Origin: Paraspadella gotoi
Lineage: Eukaryota; Animalia; Chaetognatha
Length of the DNA stretch: 64,000 nt
Direction of reading: 5' to 3'
NCBI GenBank assembly: GCA_051294375.1
Contig: CM119264.1
Span: 913,923 to 977,922 of the forward strand
Shown: piece after piece, positions 16,089-27,800 of the stretch
Position numbering within the stretch: position 1 is the stretch's first letter
Layout of the letters: every line of letters starts with the position of its first letter
The notes under the pieces: model-generated
Seen by the model: the letters and a program-made list of their open reading frames with translations, nothing else
What the model was told of the DNA's origin: nothing
Databases searched by the model: none
Made by a program: the position numbers and the translations under genes

Positions 16089-16183
16089 ATGGAGACGAAG
16101 AAAAAAAATGAAACGGAGTCGACGGCGAGAAAAGAGAATGAGGAGGAAGGGGAGAAGAATTCACCGGTGAAAGTCGCGATCAG
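16089..16183 (+). CDS. KIF21: KIF21-type kinesin-4, first coding exon
   Basis: ATG at 16089: METKKKNETESTARKENEEEGEKNSPVKVAI(R). Strong donor AG|gtgagt, phase 2. Joins the exon at 56801 to give the kinesin N-terminal motif VKVAIRVRP. Confidence 0.85.
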
Positions 16184-16399
16184 GTGAGTTTTAATCACCG
16201 AAGGAGACGTGAAAATTTAAATGTGGGAGAGTTTAATCAATTAGGGAGATGTAAACTCTTTAATCTGGTGAGTAGAATCACTTAAGGAAACGTGACTTTG
16301 AATTAATCACCGACAGAAACGATGATAACTTTTTTTCTGTTTAAATCACCGAAGGAGTTTAAAACTTATAAATGTGGTTTCATTAACCATCGATACTAG

Positions 16400-16749
16400 A
16401 ACCTCATTTTCAGAAAGCGTCCAATTTCCTCTTAAATTTATTTTTAAGTTTAAAATTAGGTTAGACTTTATGATGAGGGATTAGGTAAGGGACCAGGTTA
16501 GTAATTGGGTTTGGTATTTGGGTTTAGTGTTTTGTGTTAGGGACTAATGTTTATCGTTAACCTCGTGAGTCGTGACCTTGGGACTTCGAGTTAGAATTCT
16601 GGGCTCGAGTAAAAGATTAGACTAGGGTAAGGGATTAGAGTTATGCATTAAGATAAGGGTTTGGGTAAAATATTTAAGATGAACATTATGGTGAAAATAA
16701 AGTTCCGGGATTAGGGAAATAAAATAGGGCGCTCTTGAAAAATAGAGCC
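16400..16749. mobile_element. Copy of the TIR/TTAGGG-like element in kinesin intron 1
   Basis: Left aacctcattttcagaaagcgtccaattt, right aaatagggcgctcttgaaaaatagagcc (16722-16749), interior degenerate ttaggg/ttgggt. Confidence 0.55.
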
Positions 16750-18793
16750 GAGAATGTCTACTCTGCTGACTTTATTAAGTTATGTTTGGTTTCTTAAGTT
16801 TCTAAAATCATAAATTTCTCTGATATGTTTAAAAATGACTAAGCATGAGAGTCGGTTCCTTTATAAATTAAAACTACCGACATTTTTTTTAGTTAATGTT
16901 TATTTACTTGTCATTTAAAAAAAATCACAGTATAATTTAAAAAAAAACTTTAGTCTAATAAAGGATATTTAAATGTAACGTTCGCTGAACGAAAAAACAA
17001 AACTATCCAATATATTCGCATTTACAAAATTAAAAAAAAAAACATTTTATAATTATTTTTTTGAAAGTCAAACAAACACGTGAATCGCGAATTAGTTTTG
17101 CGACAATAAAGTTTGATCACCAAAGATAAAACAAAATAAAAAATAAAGAAATAAAATGAGAGAATAAACTCTTCATAGGGAGATATTACTCNNNNNNNNN
17201 NNNNNNNNNNNNNNNNNNNNNNNNNNNNNNNNNNNNNNNNNNNNNNNNNNNNNNNNNNNNNNNNNNNNNNNNNNNNNNNNNNNNNNNNNNNNNNNNNNNN
17301 NNNNNNNNNNNNNNNNNNNNNNNNNNNNNNNNNNNNNNNNNNNNNNNNNNNNNNNNNNNNNNNNNNNNNNNNNNNNNNNNNNNNNNNNNNNNNNNNNNNN
17401 NNNNNNNNNNNNNNNNNNNNNNNNNNNNNNNNNNNNNNNNNNNNNNNNNNNNNNNNNNNNNNNNNNNNNNNNNNNNNNNNNNNNNNNNNNNNNNNNNNNN
17501 NNNNNNNNCGTCGTTCGTCGTTCGTTCGTTCGTTCGTCATCGTCGGTGACTAATCGTATTTCGACGAACCGGGTCAATCAATAAAAAAGGAAACGAGGAT
17601 TCTGAAAATNNNNNNNNNNNNNNNNNNNNNNNNNNNNNNNNNNNNNNNNNNNNNNNNNNNNNNNNNNNNNNNNNNNNNNNNNNNNNNNNNNNNNNNNNNN
17701 NNNNNNNNNNNNNNNNNNNNNNNNNNNNNNNNNNNNNNNNNNNNNNNNNNNNNNNNNNNNNNNNNNNNNNNNNNNNNNNNNNNNNNNNNNNNNNNNNNNN
17801 NNNNNNNNNNNNNNNNNNNNNNNNNNNNNNNNNNNNNNNNNNNNNNNNNNNNNNNNNNNNNNNNNNNNNNNNNNNNNNNNNNNNNNNNNNNNCTGGCTTA
17901 CTCTAAAGTTTTAAGTTTTAAGTCTTAAGTTTTAAGTTAATTTTTAAGTTTTATGTTTTATGTTTTAACCAAAAGATGTATATATTTGGTATACATTTTG
18001 AACGATTAAAAGAAAGAGTCAGAATAAAAGGAAGCTTATGAACAGTTCCATCACATTAATATTTATAAAATGTAAATTTTTGATTTTCTTAAATTAAAAA
18101 TTCTAGGATTCGTGGCCTTCATTTAAAAAAAAATTCTAAATTTTGCGACTTTNNNNNNNNNNNNNNNNNNNNNNNNNNNNNNNNNNNNNNNNNNNNNNNN
18201 NNNNNNNNNNNNNNNNNNNNNNNNNNNNNNNNNNNNNNNNNNNNNNNNNNNNNNNNNNNNNNNNNNNNNNNNNNNNNNNNNNNNNNNNNNNNNNNNNNNN
18301 NNNNNNNNNNNNNNNNNNNNNNNNNNNNNNNNNNNNNNNNNNNCTCTCTCTCTCTCTCTCTCATACCCCATTTATTTCTCTTTTCCTCCCTTTCTCTCTG
18401 TCTCTCGCTCTCCCTCTTTCCTTTTTTGTTCCTTTTTTCATTTTATGCTGATTTTGTCAGAAATAATATTTTTTTTCTGCAGAAAATATTAAAAAAAAAG
18501 TTAACTCTTTTCATTTCTTTTAAGTCTGAACATATTTTTTTTATGGTTTTTTTATTTAAAAATATTCAAGTGGTCACATTTTATGCTGAGTTATGTTTTA
18601 CGCCGAAGTCGTGAAAGTAGTTAAAAATACTGATAACGACAATAAGTATATTCAAAAGTTATATACAATAATATTCAGTCGTGAGTTTAAAAGCGAATTT
18701 CTTTTGAACAACATTGAAGTCGTAGAAATTTAAATGGTCATTTAAATACGAATCAATTTTTTTTTTTCTCAGAAAAGAATATAAAAAAAGATG

Positions 18794-18837
<44 letters not shown>

Positions 18838-19559
18838 AAAGCTTCTCTACATTTTAGAAAATGGAGGGGCCTCTAAAAAGCATTATACATCTTCTTTTCA
18901 AATTTTCCCAGTTTCTTTAAGTATTTTCTCTCTCTCTCTCTGTCTCTCTCTCTCTCTCTNNNNNNNNNNNNNNNNNNNNNNNNNNNNNNNNNNNNNNNNN
19001 NNNNNNNNNNNNNNNNNNNNNNNNNNNNNNNNNNNNNNNNNNNNNNNNNNNNNNNNNNNNNNNNNNNNNNNNNNNNNNNNNNNNNNNNNNNNNNNNNNNN
19101 NNNNNNNNNNNNNNNNNNNNNNNNNNNNNNNNNNNNNNNNNNNNNNNNNNNNNNNNNNNNNNNNNNNNNNNNNNNNNNNNNNNNNNNNNNNNNNNNNNNN
19201 NNNNNNNNNNNNNNNNNCTCTCTCTCTCTCGCCTTTCTTTAAGACTAATGATGCGCCTCGCCATTACTATGATGGAACAGGCGAATGGGTGGACGCGACG
19301 AGAAACTGAGGAGAAGAGGAGAAGAGGAGAAGAGGTGATGAGGATGAGGAGATGAGGAGATGAGGATGAGAAGATGAGGAGATGGGGAAAAAATGAGATG
19401 AGAAGATGAAGAGAAGAGGAGAAGAGGAGAAGAGAAGATGTTTAGGTAGCAAACGTGAAAAGAGGAGAAGATAATGATGAAAAGATAAAGATGGGGAAAT
19501 AAAGTGGATTTAATGAACAAAACGAATTTAAGAAAATGAAAAAAAATGAGAAAAAATGA

Positions 19560-20163
19560 GGTCTGAGATGATATGAAAAGAGATAAGATGAAAAGAGATA
19601 AGATGAGATGAAATTAGATGAGATGAGATGCCATGTGAAGAGATAAAATGATATGTGAAGAGATGAGATGAGATGAAAAGAGAGAAGATGATATGCCATG
19701 TGAAGAGATAAAATGATATGTGAAGAGATGAGATGAGATAAAAAGAGATTAGATGAGATGAGATGAGATGGCTTGAGATGCCATGTGAAGATATGAATTG
19801 ATATGTGAAGAGCTGAGATGAGATATTATGAGATGCCATGTGAAGAGAAGAAATGATAAGTGAAGAGATGAGATGAGATGAGAAGCCATGTGAGGAGATG
19901 AAATGATATGTGAAGCGATGAGATGAGATGAGATGCCATGTAAAGAGATGAAATGATAAGTGAAGAGATGAGATGAGATGCAATGTGAAGAGATGAAATG
20001 ATAAGTGAAAAGATGAGATGAGATGAGATGAGATGAGATAAGATGCTATGTGAAGAGATGACATTATATGTGATGGGATGAGATGCCATGTAAAGAGATG
20101 AAATTATATGTGAAAGGATGATATGAGATGAGATGAGATGCGATGTGAAGAGATGAGATGAGA
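19560..20163 (+). repeat. (GATGA)n-based compound minisatellite
   Basis: Recurrent gagatgagatgccatgtgaagagatgaaatgata units. Confidence 0.85.
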
Positions 20164-20199
20164 TCCGGATTCAAAGTTGATGAGAAACAATGAATCTCG

Positions 20200-20234
<35 letters not shown>

Positions 20235-20643
20235 AGCCTTTTATGAGGGATCTTGTTGTAAATCCCGTTCGAGGGGTCACCCTTGNNNNNNNNNNNNNNN
20301 NNNNNNNNNNNNNNNNNNNNNNNNNNNNNNNNNNNNNNNNNNNNNNNNNNNNNNNNNNNNNNNNNNNNNNNNNNNNNNNNNNNNNNNNNNNNNNNNNNNN
20401 NNNNNNNNNNNNNNNNNNNNNNNNNNNNNNNNNNNNNNNNNNNNNNNNNNNNNNNNNNNNNNNNNNNNNNNNNNNNNNNNNNNNNNNNNNNNNNNNNNNN
20501 NNNNNNNNNNNNNNNNNNNNNNNNNNNNNNNNNNNNNNNNNNNNNNNNNNNNNNNNNNNNNNNNNNNNNNNNNNNNNNNNNNNNNNNNNNNNNNNNNNNN
20601 NNNNNNNNNNNNNNNNNNNNNNNNNNNNNNNNNNNNNNNNNNN

Positions 20644-20680
<37 letters not shown>

Positions 20681-21187
20681 CTCTCAAAAAAATGAGGCCA
20701 GCCGATTTTTGGACGCATCTATAAATCGCGCATAAAATGGAAGAAGGAAAGAAAAAAATAAGAACTTTTTTTTTGCTTTTATGATCATAACGAATTCTAC
20801 GAAATTGTAATATTACTATAAATTAATCAATAACGGATTGATTGATTAATACTATCCGATTGCCGTCATTATGCCATATGAAAGAAAAATACAGCAGTTT
20901 ACTAACTAACAATATACCGAAACTAGCCATTGTTAGTTAATTATATTTTTATTAAAAGGTAATAAAGTTAAATTGAATGGTTTACAAACTTTCTATTACC
21001 AAACCTAAACTACCAAGACTAAACAAACGAACAAACAAACANNNNNNNNNNNNNNNNNNNNNNNNNNNNNNNNNNNNNNNNNNNNNNNNNNNNNNNNNNN
21101 NNNNNNNNNNNNNNNNNNNNNNNNNNNNNNNNNNNNNNNNNNNNNNNNNNNNNNNNNNNNNNNNNNNNNNNNNNNNNNNNNNNNNCG

Positions 21188-21221
21188 GACATGTTTCGGC
21201 TTAACTACAAGCCTTCATCAG
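21188..21221 (-). ncRNA. Minimal hammerhead ribozyme motif, Penelope-like element type
   Basis: Minus strand reads CUGAUGA-A-GGCUU(GUAGUU)AAGCC-GAAA-CAUGUC: intact core, 5-bp stem II, palindromic ACAUGU stem III and GUC cleavage triplet. Stem I partner is lost in the adjacent N gap. Confidence 0.7.
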
Positions 21222-21779
21222 CATCAGCATCAGCCGAAACATGTCCGTTTTTTATTAAAAATAAAATCGTTGTTGAAAATTCATTTCAAACTTTTCTAAT
21301 AAGGTAATAAAGTTAGATTGAATGGTTTACAAACTTTCTATTACCTAACCTAAACTACCAAGACTAAACAAACGAACAAACAAACAACCTAAACTACCAA
21401 GAGGTAATTTCTAATCTCTAATATCTACATATCTCGATTCCCTTTCTTCAATTGAGTTTTATGTACCTCTTTTTTTTTCTTTTTTTTTCTCTCTCTTGCA
21501 TCCTTTATGTTCTCGCTTTCTTCTTCACCTCCTCCTCCTCTTCCTCTTCTTTTTCTTCCTCTTCTTCCTCCTCCTCAACCTTTTCCTCCTCTTCCTCCTC
21601 CTCTTCTTCCTCCTCCTCCTTCTCTTCTTCCTCCTCTTCCTCTTCCTCCTCCTCTTCTTCCTCATCCTTCACTCCCCATAGACATTCCTTTCATCAACAT
21701 GAACATTTCTTCTTCTGGAAAAAGAAAAAAAAAGGAGTTTGTTTATTCTCTCTTTTTTTTTCGTTGATGATCTCAGTTT

Positions 21780-21973
21780 GGCCTTATATTCCCAGAATGC
21801 CCCCATTTAAAAAAAATTAAGGATAACGGTTTAGGGTTAGGGTTTAGGATTAGGTTCGGGTTTGGGATTAGGGTTAGAGATTAGGGTTTTGGATTTGTAT
21901 AGGTTAAAAATTAAGTTAAAATTAAATTCTAGGATAAATTAATAGAAATGGGGCGCTCTGGGAAAAGAGAGCC
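21780..21973. mobile_element. MITE-like element with ~28-bp TIRs enclosing a TTAGGG-like array
   Basis: Left ggccttatattcccagaatgcccccattt (21780-21808) and right aaatggggcgctctgggaaaagagagcc (21946-21973) are imperfect inverted repeats. Interior contains ttagggttagggtttaggattagg. Confidence 0.65.
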
Positions 21974-22046
21974 CTTGGTTGTTTTTTTCCCTCTTTTCTT
22001 TTCTTCTTCTTATTTTGCTTCCATAGAAAATGGAACTCCCCTGCCC

Positions 22047-22086
<40 letters not shown>

Positions 22087-23249
22087 ACCCCAGCCCTACC
22101 GAAATTAGGGGCGTGGCCATAAATCCACATCCTTCTACGTCAAACCTCCATTGCTAATTCCGATGTCGCTTAAATAATATTTGATAGAATGGATAATTAT
22201 TAAAATGCTTATCAAATTATGAAAAAAGTTTAAATATTTTGAGAGTTGGATTTTAGATAAGGTCCATTTTTGNNNNNNNNNNNNNNNNNNNNNNNNNNNN
22301 NNNNNNNNNNNNNNNNNNNNNNNNNNNNNNNNNNNNNNNNNNNNNNNNNNNNNNNNNNNNNNNNNNNNNNNNNNNNNNNNNNNNNNNNNNNNNNNNNNNN
22401 NNNNNNNNNNNNNNNNNNNNNNNNNNNNNNNNNNNNNNNNNNNNNNNNNNNNNNNNNNNNNNNNNNNNNNNNNNNNNNNNNNNNNNNNNNNNNNNNNNNN
22501 NNNNNNNNNNNNNNNNNNNNNNNNNNNNNNNNNNNNNNNNNNNNNNNNNNNNNNNNNNNNNNNNNNNNNNNNNNNNNNNNNNNNNNNNNNNNNNNNNNNN
22601 NNNNNNNNNNNNNNNNNNNNNNNNNNNNNNNNNNNNNNNNNNNNNNNNNNNNNNNNNNNNNNNNNNNNNNNNNNNNNNNNNNNNNNNNNNNNNNNNNNNN
22701 NNNNNNNNNNNNNNNNNNNNNNNNNNNNTAAATATTTTGAGAGTTGGATTTTAAATAAGGTCCATTTTTGATAATAAGTTTTTAAGATAAATAAAAAAAA
22801 AATAACTAAATGAAAGGTGATTAAATAGTTAACTTGGACGAACAAAGAATTATGATTTAATCAGACTTGACATCATAATAGTTTTGACATCATAAGTTTC
22901 TACTTGACAAGAATAGGTCACTCATAAATTATAAAAATCACTGCTGGATTTAGATCTAAGGAGATTTGACATGGAATGATAGAGATTCAACGGGACTGTA
23001 CCTCACATCATTTGAGGATGTTTCTCATGGAAGGATAGAGATTTAAAAAAAAATTACTTGGATTTGGGTAGACCCAACATGAAGTGATTCAGATTTAAAG
23101 ACAAGGATAGAGATTTTAAAAAAATAACGCGGATTTACGGAGACTCAGCGTCAAAGAATTGAGATTTAGATTTAGATTTATTTTATCTGACATCAAAGAA
23201 TTAACATTTAAGGAGAATGGTAAATGTTTAAAGAAAAGTACTTAGATTT

Positions 23250-23544
23250 CCATAGACCCAATATCAAAGGATTCAGATTTGAAGAGAAGAATACAGATTT
23301 AAAAAAAGGATTCAGATTTACATAGACCGGACATCAAAGGATTGAGATTTAAATAAAAGAACATAGATTTATGGACACCCGACATCAAAGGATTGAGATT
23401 TGAATAAAAGAACATTGATATACGGACACCCGACATCAAAGGATTGAGATTTGAATAAAAGAACTTAGATTTACGGACACCCGACATCAAAGGATTGAGA
23501 TTTGAATAAAAGAACTTAGATTTACGGACACCCGACATCAAAGG
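23250..23544 (+). repeat. 51-bp tandem repeat, degrading leftwards to ~22940
   Basis: ttacggacacccgacatcaaaggattgagatttgaataaaagaacttagat repeated. Confidence 0.9.
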
Positions 23545-23942
23545 ATGCCGGATGTTTGCGATGAAATGGAATTTGGCGTCAGACGAACATAAATCGGGAA
23601 TTAACGTCGCCGCCAAAGACGATTTCGACAAACGATTTCCGAGAAATCCTGGATGGATGTTGTTGTCGTCGTCGTCGTCGTTGTCATTGTCGTTCTGTTC
23701 GTCGTTGTCGTTGTCGCCGTGGTTGTCATCCTCGTTGTCTTCGTCGTTGTCTTCTTCGTTGTCTTTGTCGTTGTCTTCATCATTGTCATCATCATCATCA
23801 TTGTCGTCATCATCATTGTCATCATCATCACTGTCGTCATCATCATTGTCATCTTCATCATCAAAGAAAATATTTTTTTGTCCAATTTGGGGAAGTGACA
23901 AATTGCAATGGCGATCAACAATGGGAGTCAAATGTGACTACT

Positions 23943-24078
23943 GCCATCAGAGATGAGGTTAAATGCCATCAGAAATGAGGTTAAATGCCATCAGAGATGA
24001 GGTTAAATGCCATCAGAGATGAGGTTAAATGCCATCAGAGTTGATGTTAAATGCCATCAGAGATGAGGTTAAATGCCA
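23943..24078 (+). repeat. 22-bp tandem repeat (~6 copies)
   Basis: gccatcagagatgaggttaaat, directly adjacent copies. Confidence 0.92.
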
Positions 24079-24801
24079 GCGATGAAGCTTTGCAAACGAG
24101 AAGAGGGACAAAAACCTCTTCTCTCTTTTTGTTTTAATTTACTGCACAAATAAATTTGTAAATCTCAGGTTCAAAATGAGCTGTAGTCTCGGAGAGTTTA
24201 AAACCAATTCTTTAGGTTCTTATGGTTCCTCACCTTCCTACAAAATATGATCTAAATTAGTGATGTTATGCAAATTCTTGCACGTGAAATAAAATTGAAG
24301 ACCGCGACAAACGCAGACATTCTCCGATCGTTCCCCCGCGTAGAGTCTGCGCGGCCCAATAAGCAGAAGTCAACCAGTAATCATACCACGTGCAACCACT
24401 AACGCACCTAACCTAACCACTAACACTAACCCGCCCAGCTAACCTGAAACCCCGTACTCCGGAATCTGTATCTCTATTATATTATTTATTATCTGGTTGT
24501 ACCATTTCATAAAGATAGCCCTCATAATCATACATACGAAATGAATAAGTTTTGTACTTAGAACTTCTGCGGCGTTTTCAAAATCTACGCAGTTTTAATT
24601 CTTGTTCCCCTCGGTTGTCTTCCTCGGTCTCCGTATAAACACTTGATGTTCGAAGTTTCTTGGTCCAATTTTTCCACTTCTGTGTCGTTTAGAACTTTCG
24701 CGCTCCATTATTCCTCCTCCTTTCGCATTTCTGCGCACGAGAGAGAGGAGAGAAGAGAGAGAGAGAGAGAGGAGAGAGAGAGCGAGAGAGAGAGAGAGAG
24801 T

Positions 24802-24834
<33 letters not shown>

Positions 24835-27800
24835 TAGGTCACCCTTTTCTGCGCTCACCTCGGTCTAGAAGGAGAGACGCAACTAAAATTCTTGCGCTTT
24901 TTTTTTCCGTCCAGGCAAGACAAAAAAAACAACACCAAGAGAAACGCTCGTTCCTTGCTCCTCCACCCAGGCAAACGTTCGGAAGTAAGAATGCGCACCA
25001 CGCCCAAGAACCCTCCGGCCACACGAACACAAACTTCCGCACCCCACCACCCAACCTGAAATGGCACCAGAGAAAAATGGAAAGAAGACTGGAATGAACC
25101 GAATGGCAAGCACCGAACACTCGGAAATTTAGGAATCTGGAGCACGGCCAAAAACCTCCGTCAAAGCAAACACAACAAGACAGGAAACTCCCAGAACACA
25201 AATAAGAACAAACCAAATGCGTCCCCCCCGACCACAATGGATGGATATAACCAAAAAAAACCAATCTATACTGTTCATGACAAACCAATTAAAAATCAAC
25301 CACGTTAACCGCCGTCGTTATATTGCAGGCGTTGTTTGTTTAAAACTCCAACATCGCGCTTCATTGTGCATTCCCACTATCCCTCTCGCGCTAAGGCCAG
25401 AATGAATCCTCTGTTCGCCCTCTCTCTCCAGTCTGTTACATCCTCTCTCCTTTCTTTTCTTCCCCGTCAGAGAAGCACGTGTAGCCCGGCAACCTACACT
25501 ACTTAATCCCTCCTCTCTCGTCCGTAGCCGCCATCCCAATTCACCCAACCCCCGTCACGCCACGGAGATGGAGCGCAAGCAACATTTCACACCCCTTTCC
25601 CTCTCTCCGCATCCCGACTTTTTATGTCGCCCATTCCTCCACATCCGCGCTCTCCCTTTTCAGTTCATTTCTGATCCCTCCCATTTCTCTCTTCTTGAAT
25701 TTATAATATATCTCATTCGCCGCTTCGTTTTAGTTCATTTCTGTTTCATTACTTTCTCATTCTTATTCTGGGCTTTCTCTCTGCACGTTGTTCCACGTCT
25801 CTTTTACGCGCATCATATGCACTCATCCTATGCACCTGACGCGCATTGTCCTCATTTCCTGCACCTCCATCAGAATCATTCCATCATTCTCTCTCTCCCT
25901 CCGCGCTCTCCAATCACACCATCCGGCCATGCAATTCTGCCATCCTCCGACCCATTGAGGCCCCCTCCTCGCTTTAATGACCTCTTCTCCTCATCGCTCA
26001 CCCACTCACTGCTCTCTTCCGACACGGCCCGCTAACACCTCAATTTGCACCGCGCTCCTGCGCTCTCTCTCTCCTCTCTCGTCTCCGCCCCCTCGCTTTT
26101 CTTTCTTTTCTTCTCTTTCTTCTCTCTTCTCTTTTGCTTCTTTCTTCCTCCTTCCTCTGTTTCTTTCTTCGCCCTCTTTCCCCCCTCTCCTCCCCTCTTC
26201 TCCTTCTCGCTCCCTCCTTTCTTTCCCTCACACCCTTTCTATGTCCCCCCTTCTATGTCTTTTTGTCAGATTTTCCGTTCCTGCCTCCTCTTCTTTTCTT
26301 GTTTTCTCTCTCTCCTCTTTCCTCCGTCTTTTACTTTCTCTCCTCCTCCCTACTCTCTCTCCTCTCTCTCTCCTCCCATCGTCTCCCTCTCTCTCTTGCT
26401 TCCTCTCTCTCTCTCTCTCCTTTTGTCCGGGGTGTGAGTAGGGTTGTGCCCACCACTCCGCCAACGAAGTCTTCGCCCCCCCCTCGCGCCGATTTCAACA
26501 TCGCCCAGGTCCTCAGATAATATGTGGACGCCCTAAAAAAGATGTTAGGGAACTCAACTCCGCCATTTAAATACCAGTCTTTGCATCACTGGCCGCCTGA
26601 TACCCCACCCCTGCCTTCGAGCGACTTCTTGTGGCACACCTTTCAGTCATAGTTCTACATATTGTGTGTAAGTAAGCAAAGGTTTTTCCCGTGTCCACTT
26701 AGTTTATTAGTTGTAAAAGTATTAATGACGTTTACATTCAAGATAAAACTTATTAAGATCTTACACTCACCTCTGGGGCCTCTGCTCCGCACCGCATTTA
26801 CAATCACACCTCGCGCTCGGCGGAGGTGTAGCTATTAAAATAGGAGGTATACCTTCTTTGAGTGCCTGGACCTCCGGTCACTCATAAAGGTTCTATAAAT
26901 TATATTCTCATTCACACCACACGCCTACCTTAAACTTAATTTCATAACCTTTTTTTGAAAATGCAAGTATGTCCTCTACATCCTGGGAGGATACTTCTTG
27001 TACACGTTTTTATAATTTGCTTAAATTATACTACCAAAAATATCCTCTATTAATTAGATAGTAAGACCAGTTTAATAACAAATACGATAATCAGCGTTTG
27101 GTAAATTAAATTGAATTGACCAACACCCTTTTATGCGCGAGCCTCCTTCTCTCGACACGCGACTCTCCTCGCACACTCTCTCATCCTCCACACCCCATCA
27201 ACTTAATAAAACACGCGCCAAGCTTCATCGTTTCAACACACTACGCCTTCTCACCGCTCGGCCACTCACCTCGCACGCTCTCACTCTCTCTCTCTCACTC
27301 TCAAATCTCTCTCTTCGCACACACCGCCCCACTCTCCTCTCGTTATACCGACGGCTGCTACCAGCGCGCATTCTCACATCACTGCTCGCGACCGCGCACT
27401 CGCTCGCGCCACCCAGGCTCTGCTCGCTCGCATCACACCGCTCTCCTCTAATTACACGCACACTACACACACTCTCTCTCACTCTCTCTCTACTCTCCAA
27501 AATATGGTCATATAAATGCATCCAGACTGAACTCATTACAATTACTCCTTAACCAACGGTGTGCGTCACAAGCTTTGTAGATCTCTTCATGTCACCACGA
27601 CCTCCGCTTGAAGGACTAAAATATCTTCTACTTACTATTATTATAAATAATCATTTTTTATGCATAAGTGATGATAATCATCCACGATAAAGCATCAGCC
27701 TGATCAACTAAGATAGATTAAACAAAAGTAAAGAAGTCCGTACTGACGTAATAGCTGAAATCCATTTACTTTAAACCACTCCCAGTTTTTTAGATTTTTT

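Noticed and set aside
23943-24078. CRISPR-like regular repeats (also 23250-23544, 53221-53532, 59620-59812)
   Set aside because: Units are contiguous with no unique spacers, there are no cas genes, and the context is eukaryotic.
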